This document shows, piece by piece, positions 1-7,638 of a DNA stretch of 52,400 bases. The DNA comes from Candidatus Berkelbacteria bacterium. Lineage in GTDB: Bacteria; Patescibacteriota; UBA1384; 2-12-FULL-50-11. Numbering within the stretch: position 1 is the stretch's first letter; each line of letters begins with the position of its first letter. The notes beneath the pieces were generated by a model. That model was not told the origin of the DNA. It searched no databases and was given only the letters and a program-made list of their open reading frames with translations. Both the position numbers and the translations under genes were made by a program. The stretch lies in the NCBI GenBank assembly GCA_030650195.1, contig JAUSEP010000009.1:1-52400 (forward strand). The letters are read 5' to 3'.

Positions 1-240
1 CACAAGTCTTTCCTGTTTCTTTTGGTCCTTGCTGTTCATCCCCTCAATGAAACAACTAGATAGGTGGTCCTTCATAACCTGACTGTGAACCGAACGAAGC
101 AACCCTATCACTGCCAAGTTCTGCTGCATGATGTCGACGCAATAGCCGTCCCCGTCTACCATAGAGGTAATCTTTTTTAATAAACTCTCGGCCTTCTTCA
201 AACCAATCAAAATTTTTTGTTTGTCTTTTTCTATACCCAT
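1..240 (-). CDS. csoR: CsoR/RcnR-family metal-sensing transcriptional repressor (C-terminus runs off the window)
   Basis: Hand translation of the reverse strand from ATG 240-238 gives MGIEKDKQKILIGLKKAESLLKKITSMVDGDGYCVDIMQQNLAVIGLLRSVHSQVMKDHLSSCFIEG... The Cys (YCVD), His (DHL) and Cys (SSCF) spacing matches the DUF156 metal site. It is absent from the ORF track because the window edge truncates it. Confidence 0.8.
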   Translation of the reverse strand, partial: MGIEKDKQKILIGLKKAESLLKKITSMVDGDGYCVDIMQQNLAVIGLLRSVHSQVMKDHLSSCFIEGMNSKDQKKQERLV

Positions 241-275
241 ACCCCCACCCTAGGTGTAGGTAGAGAGTTTGTCAA
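240..275 (-). promoter_or_regulatory. csoR promoter (TTGACA-17-TAGGGT) with an overlapping pseudo-palindromic operator candidate
   Basis: On the minus strand: TTGACA at 275-270, a 17-nt spacer, then TAGGGT at 252-247. The inverted repeat TACCCCCACC-cta-GGTGTAGGTA spans 240-262. The ATG lies 6 nt after the -10 box. Confidence 0.5.
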
Positions 276-283
276 GCTTTACG

Positions 284-306
284 AAAAAACCACCCGTATA
301 GGGTGG
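284..306 (-). terminator. Intrinsic terminator of ssrA
   Basis: The minus strand reads CCACCC-tatac-GGGTGG followed by TTTTTT, starting 8 nt after the tmRNA CCA end. Confidence 0.7.
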
Positions 307-314
307 AATTCTCG

Positions 315-698
315 TGGTGGAGCTGCCGAGGATCGAACTCGGGTCCGAAAACTAACGACCAAAGTGTCTACAAGCTTAGTTTGTTTTATTTTTCTTGAAA
401 ATACAGCTCTAAACAGACAAAACACTGTATTTTCCAGCATCAATTCTTAGTGTCTAAACGATGCCTCTTAGACAAGCATCCGATAATATGGCGCAACAAG
501 TCTCCATCGGAGTTAAGGCTTGTTACGGCTCTCGGGTTTAGGCGAGGGCTAAGACCGGGCTAAAGCTAAACGCGTTAGCTAAAGTAGCTTTAGCACGACT
601 TAATACGTTTGCACGTAATTGTTGTTACCAATTAGGCAGATAACTTTCCGCTTGCGTACTTTGGTTGTAAATGTTCCCGTCGAAGCCAATTCAGCCCC
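315..698 (-). ncRNA. ssrA: tmRNA (transfer-messenger RNA), one-piece
   Basis: 5' end is GGGGCTGAATTGGCTTCGACGGGAAC (698 downward). 3' end is GAGTTCGATCCTCGGCAGCTCCACCA (ending at 315). The acceptor stem GGGGCTG/CAGCTCC has a G3:U70 pair. The candidate tag frame 612-538 ends ...PVLALA-TAA. Confidence 0.93.
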
Positions 699-736
699 AG
701 TGACCAAACTTTACCATATAATACTTAGGATGTCAA

Positions 737-1093
737 CTAGCGACTTATCTCTTTTTTGTCTATTGAGATCGGGTTAAAAAGAGCGGAAATTTGATTAAAA
801 ACTGTGTGGGTAGCTGCTCTGTTGTCGCGGCTGTAATTACAAGTAAAAACGTCGAGTGTTACAAAATATTCCTCTGGCCAGGTGTGTATGGAGACGTGGG
901 ATTCACACAAAGCGACCACTCCTGTAAATCCACCCCCTTCAAAAGGATGGTAGTAGTTTCCGACTTCGGTTAGACCTGCTTCTGCGATAATCAGGGAAAT
1001 TTCTTTTTTGTAGAAATCCATGTCGCGATGAACGTAGTCTACCGCCAATGTCAGTGTCCCCAAGATATGCAAACCTTCTACTTTTTTCATCAA
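737..1093 (-). CDS. speH: S-adenosylmethionine decarboxylase proenzyme (small SpeH/SpeD type)
   Basis: It carries the diagnostic self-processing motif ESHVSIHTWPE, and its 118-aa size is typical of the class 1b enzyme. Confidence 0.88.
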   Translation of the reverse strand: MMKKVEGLHILGTLTLAVDYVHRDMDFYKKEISLIIAEAGLTEVGNYYHPFEGGGFTGVVALCESHVSIHTWPEEYFVTLDVFTCNYSRDNRAATHTVFNQISALFNPISIDKKEISR

Positions 1094-1176
1094 TCAAGAG
1101 AATATGGTATAGATTTACTAATAAATAGTCAATCTCTGCGTTGTCAATCTAGTTAGCAATCGCTATCATTAGCTCG

Positions 1177-1848
1177 ATGCTTCATCTCAAGAACGCTAGA
1201 AAACGCTTTACGGCCGGAGAAGTGGTTAACGCCCTTGATGGTGTCACTCTAAACATTACTGCAGGTGAGTTTGTCGGTATCATTGGGCCAAGCGGCTGTG
1301 GTAAGTCCACCCTGCTCTACACTTTGGGTCTGTTAGACTCCGTGGATGAGGGTGAGTACTCCATTGACGGAATGAGGGTAGATGAGTTTTCCAGTCGCCA
1401 ACGAGCCCTTTTACGCAACAAAAAGTTTGGATTTGTTTTTCAGTCTTTTAATCTAATTAGTCGTACTACTTCCTTCGACAATGTTTTACTACCCCTTTTA
1501 TATAGTCAAACTCGGGGCGCCGCGACTAAAGTCCAACGTGCGCTTGAGCAAGTTGGGGTTTGGAACAAGCGTCGCAACTGGCCCAATCAAATGAGTGGCG
1601 GTCAACAACAAAGAGTAGCCATCGCCCGAGCCCTCGTTACAGAACCTGAAATAATTTTAGCTGACGAGCCAACCGGTAATCTGGACTCCAAAACTGGTAG
1701 CGAAATTATGGATCTTTTCAAAAAAATTCATGCCAAAGGAACAACCGTTGTAATGGTTACCCACAACCCTGATTTACTTGAGTACGCTACCAGAATAATT
1801 GAGATGCGTGATGGCAAGATAGTAAGCGATAAGAAAGTAAAAAGATAA
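1177..1848 (+). CDS. ABC transporter ATP-binding protein (MacB/LolD-like)
   Basis: Walker [10 protein letters not shown], signature [15 protein letters not shown], Walker [12 protein letters not shown]. Confidence 0.92.
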   Translation: MLHLKNARKRFTAGEVVNALDGVTLNITAGEFVGIIGPSGCGKSTLLYTLGLLDSVDEGEYSIDGMRVDEFSSRQRALLRNKKFGFVFQSFNLISRTTSFDNVLLPLLYSQTRGAATKVQRALEQVGVWNKRRNWPNQMSGGQQQRVAIARALVTEPEIILADEPTGNLDSKTGSEIMDLFKKIHAKGTTVVMVTHNPDLLEYATRIIEMRDGKIVSDKKVKR

Positions 1849-3047
1849 TGAGTATCTTTGAGAATTATAAAACTGCCTTAAAATCTCTCTGGAATAACCG
1901 GCTCCGTAGCTTTCTAACCTTGCTGGGAATTGTGATCGGTGTTTACGCCGTAGTTACATTGCTCGCCGCTGCTCAAGGCGTTCAAAACCAGATAGGAGGT
2001 TTCGTTGAAGATTTTGGACCGAGAACAATTCTGGTGATGCCAGGAGAGTCTGACTCTTCCGGTACACCAAACTTTGCCGCCCAGGCAGCACCTTCAACTC
2101 TCTTGGTTGACGACATCGACTACCTTAAGGCCCATACGACACTTATAGAGAGCGTAATCGACTACGCGGTTTTTATCGGCGGACTTGCAACGCATGGTGA
2201 TAAGAAGCTAACTGGCATGCCAGTTGGTATTACTCCAGGCGCAGAAGAGTTATTCAGCATTAAAATCGTTACTGGACGTAACTTTGAGCAAGCAGATCTC
2301 GACAAGAAGAATCGCTTTATCGTTCTAAGTGAAGCGGCTGCTGATAAACTCGCCGTAAAGGTAGGCGAAACAATGAACATCGGAGTTGATAAGTTTGAGG
2401 TTATTGGCTTATTCAAAATTGATCAGTCGTTGAGTATCAGTTCCGCTCAGGGAGAGATGTTTCTCATTCCCGCTCCAGTTGCCAATGAAATAAATAAATC
2501 TCCTCAAGTAAATCGTATCGTCGTACATTCGAAGACGGTCGAAGATGTAGATAGGGCAATTACCGAAGTCAGAGAAGCGCTCACTACCAAGCACGGCACA
2601 ACAGATTTTACGGTTATGAAACCATCTGAAATCTTAAAAACAGTCGACCAAATCATCAACGTATTGAAATATATGGTTATAGGCATCACTTCCATCTCGC
2701 TATTGGTAGGAGGTATCGGGATCATGAACATCATGCTTGTTACAGTAGCCGAACGAACTCGCGAAATCGGAATTCGCAAAGCAGTTGGTGCAACGGAAGG
2801 TGCAATTCTAACTCAGTTTCTAATAGAATCCGTTCTCTTAACTCTCATTGGGTCATTAATTGGCATAGGATTAGCTGCAATTACCTCATACTTGGCAGCT
2901 AAATTCTCACCTTTGGAACCAGCAATTACTGGCACGACCATTATGATGGCCGTTGGTATGGGTGTCGTCGCTGGAGTGATATTTGGTCTTCTACCTGCTG
3001 TCCGCGCCGCACGCAAGAACCCAGTAACTGCACTCAAGTACGAGTAA
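1848..3047 (+). CDS. ABC transporter permease, FtsX/MacB family
   Basis: It has an N-terminal TM helix, a large extracytoplasmic domain and a C-terminal FtsX-type TM bundle. Its start overlaps the stop of the ATPase gene (ATAATG). Confidence 0.88.
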   Translation: MSIFENYKTALKSLWNNRLRSFLTLLGIVIGVYAVVTLLAAAQGVQNQIGGFVEDFGPRTILVMPGESDSSGTPNFAAQAAPSTLLVDDIDYLKAHTTLIESVIDYAVFIGGLATHGDKKLTGMPVGITPGAEELFSIKIVTGRNFEQADLDKKNRFIVLSEAAADKLAVKVGETMNIGVDKFEVIGLFKIDQSLSISSAQGEMFLIPAPVANEINKSPQVNRIVVHSKTVEDVDRAITEVREALTTKHGTTDFTVMKPSEILKTVDQIINVLKYMVIGITSISLLVGGIGIMNIMLVTVAERTREIGIRKAVGATEGAILTQFLIESVLLTLIGSLIGIGLAAITSYLAAKFSPLEPAITGTTIMMAVGMGVVAGVIFGLLPAVRAARKNPVTALKYE

Positions 3048-3054
3048 AATTACA

Positions 3055-3082
3055 TTGACCCGTAAGCGAAAAGCCATATAAT
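3055..3082 (+). promoter_or_regulatory. hicB promoter, TTGACC-16-TATAAT, leaderless geometry
   Basis: TTGACC at 3055-3060 and TATAAT at 3077-3082. The hicB ATG at 3090 lies only 7 nt after the -10 box. Confidence 0.6.
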
Positions 3083-3089
3083 TGAACTG

Positions 3090-3308
3090 ATGAAAAGTTT
3101 TCGTCACGAATTTACAGCGGTTTTTGAACGAGCACCGGAAGGTGGCTACGCTGTTTATATACCCTCGCTGCCTGGCTGTATCTCCGAAGGCGATACGCTC
3201 GAACAAGCTGAAGAGAATATCCGTGAAGCGGCCGAACTCTACTTAGAAGAAACTCCCCACACCGTCGTCAAAAAAACCGACGCTTTTACTCTGCCGGTCA
3301 GAATATAG
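3090..3308 (+). CDS. hicB: HicB-like antitoxin (UPF0150 fold only, no DNA-binding extension)
   Basis: FTAVFERAPEGGYAVYIPSLPGCISEGDTLEQAEENIREA is typical of the HicB N-terminal domain, and a HicA gene follows 3 nt downstream. Confidence 0.8.
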   Translation: MKSFRHEFTAVFERAPEGGYAVYIPSLPGCISEGDTLEQAEENIREAAELYLEETPHTVVKKTDAFTLPVRI

Positions 3309-3311
3309 CTT

Positions 3312-3536
3312 ATGACGGACTTACCGTCGCTCAAGCCAAAGGTAGTCGCGAGAGCTCTGGAGAAGTCTGGATTCGTTTTTGTTCGTCAGAAAGGTAGTCA
3401 TCGACTTTACCGCCGTGGCGATTACTCAACAACCGTGCCAATTCATAAGAAAGACTTAAAGATGCCGACACTTCGAGCAATTATCTCCCAAGCCGGTTTC
3501 ACGGCTAAAGAGTTTATTGGATTGCTAAAAGACTAG
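3312..3536 (+). CDS. hicA: HicA-family mRNA interferase toxin
   Basis: The YcfA/HicA signature is present: ...LEKSGFVFVRQKGSHRLYRR...VPIHKKDLKMPTLRAIISQAG. Confidence 0.85.
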   Translation: MTDLPSLKPKVVARALEKSGFVFVRQKGSHRLYRRGDYSTTVPIHKKDLKMPTLRAIISQAGFTAKEFIGLLKD

Positions 3537-3555
3537 CTTTTTGCACAAAAATACC

Positions 3556-3584
3556 TTGACCCAATGTAAAGTTTCCTTTACATT
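3556..3584 (+). promoter_or_regulatory. Promoter TTGACC-17-TACATT with a perfect 9-4-9 palindromic operator
   Basis: TTGACC at 3556-3561. AATGTAAAG (3563-3571), tttc, CTTTACATT (3576-3584) form the palindrome, and its right arm contains the -10 box. The ATG at 3593 lies 8 nt after the -10 box. Confidence 0.6.
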
Positions 3585-3592
3585 ATGGGTAA

Positions 3593-4294
3593 ATGTCAGC
3601 GGAATTACGATTACTCTTAAGGGATCTACGCCAAGCACAAGATCTAAGCCAAGACGAGCTAGCTCGTCAACTTGGTATCTCTCGCCAATCTATCATTTCC
3701 TTAGAACAAGGTGCTTACTTACCAAGCTTTCCGCTACTTATTAATATGATTCACTTCTTCAACTGCTCTTTAGAAGAGCTAGTTGAGGGAGCGCCTAAGT
3801 TAATCCAACAAGAAAATAACCAAAATATTGAGGAAGGAGGTGAGCAAGATATGCAGATAGCACGATGGGATCCTTTTCAAGCAATCGATAAAATGCACGA
3901 CGAAATGGGAGATGTAGTTGAAAGAACATTTGGTCGTGTCGACTGGCCACGAGCTCTCGGTACTACTGCCGGTGCAATGAATATCCACGAAACCGACAAG
4001 GAATATGAAATTCAAGTTCAGGTTCCAGGATATAAAGAAGATGAAATTAATCTAGAATTCTCTGATGACACCCTAACTATTTCCGGAGAGAAGAAAGTTG
4101 AAGAGCAAGAAGAAAAAAAGAATACAATTCGCCGAGAGTGGACTCATGCTAGTTTCTCTCGTCAGGTGCGCTTTGCTCAACCAATAAAGGACGAGAAAGT
4201 TGAAGCCAAGCTCTCAGACGGAACACTAACAATTACCGCTCCGAAAGTGGAGCCGGTAAAACCAAAGATCAAGAAGATTGAAGTGAAGAAGTAG
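3593..4294 (+). CDS. XRE-family HTH domain fused in frame to an Hsp20/alpha-crystallin small heat-shock domain
   Basis: N-terminus: LSQDELARQLGISRQSIISLEQG (HTH_XRE). C-terminus: WDPF...MNIHETDKEYEIQVQVPGYKEDEINLEFSDDTLTISGEKK...SFSRQVRFAQPI...AKLSDGTLTITAPK (alpha-crystallin domain). No stop codon separates the two domains. Confidence 0.85.
   Translation: MSAELRLLLRDLRQAQDLSQDELARQLGISRQSIISLEQGAYLPSFPLLINMIHFFNCSLEELVEGAPKLIQQENNQNIEEGGEQDMQIARWDPFQAIDKMHDEMGDVVERTFGRVDWPRALGTTAGAMNIHETDKEYEIQVQVPGYKEDEINLEFSDDTLTISGEKKVEEQEEKKNTIRREWTHASFSRQVRFAQPIKDEKVEAKLSDGTLTITAPKVEPVKPKIKKIEVKK
3836..3853 (+). promoter_or_regulatory. Internal Shine-Dalgarno GGAGGTG plus in-frame ATG (codon 87) at the linker/sHSP boundary
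   Basis: GGAGGTG at 3836-3842, an 8-nt spacer, then ATG at 3851 in the same frame as the 3593 start (MQIARWDPF...). Confidence 0.5.
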
Positions 4295-4295
4295 G

Positions 4296-4333
4296 ACGAC
4301 AGCGGATACGGAGGAAAAAAGCCGTATCGTCGT
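4296..4333 (+). terminator. Hairpin terminator after the HTH-Hsp20 gene
   Basis: ACGAC(agcg)GATACGG-aggaaaaaag-CCGTATCGTCGT, then TATT, directly after the stop codon. Confidence 0.55.
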
Positions 4334-4359
4334 TATTCACATATGTGTAAAGTTAAGTT

Positions 4360-6003
4360 ATGAGATTTTTTGGGCATGGCACTGAAAACAACCCCTCACC
4401 ACAGGAAGCGGATGTCGTTGAGGCTCCTCCCCAAAACGGAAATGGGTATGAAAAACGTCTTCTGGATGGTGAATACCTAGGTATTCTTGAAAGCTACGCC
4501 GTGTCCTGGGACATGGAAAAAGCCGGACGGGACGTTTGGCAGAACTTCTTTGATGCTGCTGGCGGTACCGTTGACGGAGTTCGTTATCAAGTAGCCGAGG
4601 AAGGTGAAGATGAGAATAAACAGTACATAATCACTGTCGAAGGCGATGCCGAGTATGACTACCGAAAACTTCTTCATATCGGCGGCACAAGCAAAGAAGA
4701 CAACTCAACGGCCGGGGGTTTCGGTGAAGGCTCGAAAATTCTTTCTCTCGTGCTTTTGCGCGACCAGGGCTTTACAGATGTGAAGTTTGGATCGAGTGAC
4801 TGGCAGGTTGACTTCTCTCTTCGGGAAGTACCAGAAGGTGTTTATGATAAACCAATTCGGGGTCTTACCGCCCAACTTGCAAAAGGCGAGAAGAGGCCCG
4901 GTAACTTCGTACAGCTAACAACAAATGACCCAGAGAAAGCCCAAGCAATAATAGCCGCACGAGAGCTGTTCTATTCATCTGAAAATCCTGATTTTCAAGA
5001 TTCAACCATCGATTTTCGCTCTGAGGAAGGTGGCGGAGGATTTAAATTTCTCGGTTTGAATGACTATGGCCAGTTAAACAAAGGTCATCTGTATGATGCT
5101 GGGCAGAGGCGTCACTACGTCGAAGATGGTAAATGGGAAACTGTTGAAGGTGTCAATATTTGGGGCTGGAGTAAGGTCTTTGGCAAGGACAGAGATCGAG
5201 GTTCTATTTCCCGCCAAGCTCTCGATAGCAATCTGATTGAGCCTCTAATCGCTAGCTTACCTCAAGAGCAAATCATCCATGCCCTGGAAGAGATGGGGCC
5301 AGTCTGGGATAGCGGAAAGTCTTGGAGTCATGAAGTGACTTATAAAATAATGGAGAAAGCGGTGGGGAAGCTGGCAACAGAAGGCGTCCAACTCGATTTC
5401 CCAGATACTCATCTGGCGAGTAGCGCATTCTTGCCAATGTACATTAAGGATGCTTTGAAAGCCCAGGGATATACGATTTGTCACCACTTTTTTGAGAAAA
5501 TAGGCATGAAGGAAGCGGCAGAAAAATTCCGCGAGATGCAAGAGCACCTTAAGACCGAGCCCACACCTGAGCAACAACAGAGAATAGATACCCTAAAACA
5601 AGCCATCGAGCTTTTACAGCAAGCCTTCGAAAGTGGAAAATGGGAGAAAGAAATAACCAGCAAAGAAATCTGGCTTTTCAACAAGAGTAAAGAAAATAGT
5701 ATCGTGCACGGACAATACAACGAAGCTTTTGTTTGGCTTTCTGAGGAACGGTTAACAGGCTCATTCCCCGAGGCATTAGCGACCTACCTTCATGAGATAG
5801 ATCACAAACACGGTAGCGACCAGTCAGCGGAGTTTAGCTATGCTTTGACCGATACACTGAGGGATGTGATTACGGCTCTTCTTAGCGAACAGGAGATGTA
5901 TGTTCAATTCTCTGCGCTACAAAAACGCTGGGAGTCAATACAAATTCCCAAGAGGCCCGACACTACGCCTGACGAAGAAAACGGCAGTAGCCCTGCGGGC
6001 TAG
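4360..6003 (+). CDS. Hypothetical protein: N-terminal GHKL (Hsp90/sacsin/MORC-like) ATPase motifs, C-terminal HExxH motif
   Basis: N-box-like RDVWQNFFDAAGG, G2-box-like GGFGEGSKILS, and C-terminal YLHEIDHKHG (HExxH). No signal peptide or TM segment. Confidence 0.5.
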   Translation: MRFFGHGTENNPSPQEADVVEAPPQNGNGYEKRLLDGEYLGILESYAVSWDMEKAGRDVWQNFFDAAGGTVDGVRYQVAEEGEDENKQYIITVEGDAEYDYRKLLHIGGTSKEDNSTAGGFGEGSKILSLVLLRDQGFTDVKFGSSDWQVDFSLREVPEGVYDKPIRGLTAQLAKGEKRPGNFVQLTTNDPEKAQAIIAARELFYSSENPDFQDSTIDFRSEEGGGGFKFLGLNDYGQLNKGHLYDAGQRRHYVEDGKWETVEGVNIWGWSKVFGKDRDRGSISRQALDSNLIEPLIASLPQEQIIHALEEMGPVWDSGKSWSHEVTYKIMEKAVGKLATEGVQLDFPDTHLASSAFLPMYIKDALKAQGYTICHHFFEKIGMKEAAEKFREMQEHLKTEPTPEQQQRIDTLKQAIELLQQAFESGKWEKEITSKEIWLFNKSKENSIVHGQYNEAFVWLSEERLTGSFPEALATYLHEIDHKHGSDQSAEFSYALTDTLRDVITALLSEQEMYVQFSALQKRWESIQIPKRPDTTPDEENGSSPAG

Positions 6004-6007
6004 GTAC

Positions 6008-6616
6008 TTACTGAACCGTTATTCCTGAGATCTTATCCCCAACGGCTATTTTATGAACGACATCCAAACCAGAAGTAACTTTTCCAAAGATTGTATAGTT
6101 TTTTGGTAGAGAAGTGTTGTCGGCCAACATTATAAAAAACTGGCTACCGTTAGTGTTTGGACCCGCATTAGCCATCGCTAGGACACCTTCTAAGTATCCT
6201 GTCTTATAGCTTGTGGTATTGGGGTTGAGCTCGTCTTCAAACTTAGCACCATATATTGAGACACCACCAGTACCGTTACCGTTCGGATCTCCACCCTGTA
6301 TTACAAAGCCTGGCTCAACTCGGTGGAAGGTAAGGCTATCGTAATAACCGTTCTTAGCAAGGGTTGCAAAATTCATAACTGTTTTTGGCGCATCGTTAGG
6401 ATATAACTCAAGAGAGATATCTCCTTTATCTGTTTTTATTACAGCTGAAGTGGCACTAACTTTTTCAAATGTCGTTGGATCTGTACTCATGGTTTTTGTC
6501 TCCTTTGTAGGGCTAGTTGTATTAGTAACTTTGTCTATAGTTTTACTTTGAGGAACGAAATAGAAAATCCCAATAATAATCGCTGCGAAAACTGCTAAAT
6601 ATCTAATATTTTTCAT
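6008..6616 (-). CDS. ppiB: Peptidyl-prolyl cis-trans isomerase, cyclophilin type, membrane-anchored
   Basis: [22 protein letters not shown] and GSQFFIM motifs, with an N-terminal TM helix ([15 protein letters not shown]). Confidence 0.9.
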   Translation of the reverse strand: MKNIRYLAVFAAIIIGIFYFVPQSKTIDKVTNTTSPTKETKTMSTDPTTFEKVSATSAVIKTDKGDISLELYPNDAPKTVMNFATLAKNGYYDSLTFHRVEPGFVIQGGDPNGNGTGGVSIYGAKFEDELNPNTTSYKTGYLEGVLAMANAGPNTNGSQFFIMLADNTSLPKNYTIFGKVTSGLDVVHKIAVGDKISGITVQ

Positions 6617-6620
6617 TTTG

Positions 6621-6693
6621 TGCGCCCACTCCGGATCGAACGGAGGACCCCGCCCACGTCAAGGGCGTGCTCGTACCACTGAGCTATGGGCGC
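6621..6693 (-). tRNA. tRNA-Val (GAC)
   Basis: The cloverleaf folds by hand: GCGCCCA/TGGGCGC acceptor stem, anticodon loop TTGACGT, T arm CTCCG-TTCGATC-CGGAG. CCA is not encoded. Confidence 0.92.
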
Positions 6694-6711
6694 GTAACAG
6701 AGCAATTTTAC

Positions 6712-7614
6712 CTAATCTTTGCTTCGTTGGGAAGGTGAGAGCTGTTTCTTAGCAATAGCAACTTCTTCATTAATTCGTGTCAAGAGATCAGTATGCTCTT
6801 TAACTCGGATCCTTGGTAACTCAAACATGCTACTCGTTTCGGTAGCAACTCCTAAATTTGTGGTTACGGCGGCTTTTATTCCAAGACCAGAAACAATATC
6901 CAATGTTACCGGGTTGTACTTACCAGATGGATAAGCAAAAACCGAATCACGCGACCTTATGCTAGACGAGATTTCATTTATCGCTTTTTCGTACGAAGCG
7001 TTGGCTAAATTTAGATGAGTCACTGTATGGCCACCAATTTCCATACCCGCTAACTTTAGTTGTTGAACTTGGGGAGTTGTCATATACCCAGTTCGTCCCA
7101 AGAATCCCGATACAATAAAAAATGTTGCCGTATTATGGTATTTTTCCAAGACTGGTAAGGCAGAGGTGTAATGATCATCGTAGCCGTCATCGAAAGTTAT
7201 AATAAGCGACTTAGGTTTGTATTTACCGTTAGCAAAATCTTCGAGTGATATAGTTTCGTACCCAGCATCCTTCAGGGTAGACAATTGTTTATCGAAAGTT
7301 TTTGGCGAGACTGACAGCTGAATCCCAAGCGGATCATCTATCCGATCCTGATAGTCGCGTATGTAGTGGTACATCAAAATTGGCACATAAACCGATGACG
7401 AAACCGAGGGAACGGTTGAGTCATTCTGTACGAAAGGCTCTGAAACTGCCTCGTTCTTCTTCTGTTCAAACAACGGTTTAGCAGAAGAGGCTTGGATTCC
7501 ATGAAAGAGTGCCACCCAAACTAAACCGCCACCAATTAGCATTAGACCAGCCACCAGATATAGAAACGCGCCCTTCATCTCCCTATCATACCCCGAATCG
7601 TTGTTTCTCGGCAT
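6712..7614 (-). CDS. Polysaccharide deacetylase (NodB homology domain), membrane-anchored
   Basis: NodB motif IITFDDGYDDHY plus downstream His motifs, with an N-terminal TM helix. The track start at 7677 overlaps tRNA-Glu, so I use the ATG at 7614; the ATG at 7578 is an alternative. Confidence 0.85.
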   Translation of the reverse strand: MPRNNDSGYDREMKGAFLYLVAGLMLIGGGLVWVALFHGIQASSAKPLFEQKKNEAVSEPFVQNDSTVPSVSSSVYVPILMYHYIRDYQDRIDDPLGIQLSVSPKTFDKQLSTLKDAGYETISLEDFANGKYKPKSLIITFDDGYDDHYTSALPVLEKYHNTATFFIVSGFLGRTGYMTTPQVQQLKLAGMEIGGHTVTHLNLANASYEKAINEISSSIRSRDSVFAYPSGKYNPVTLDIVSGLGIKAAVTTNLGVATETSSMFELPRIRVKEHTDLLTRINEEVAIAKKQLSPSQRSKD

Positions 7615-7638
7615 TTTTAAAGGTAAAATAGGCGTATT

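Noticed and set aside
217-450. 77-aa plus-strand track ORF
   Set aside because: It lies across the csoR promoter, the ssrA terminator and the 3' third of the tmRNA gene. It has no RBS, and the tmRNA explains the sequence.
3541-3744. 67-aa plus-strand ORF overlapping the start of the HTH-sHSP gene
   Set aside because: It lies out of frame with a gene that has clear HTH homology, and it begins inside the promoter/operator.
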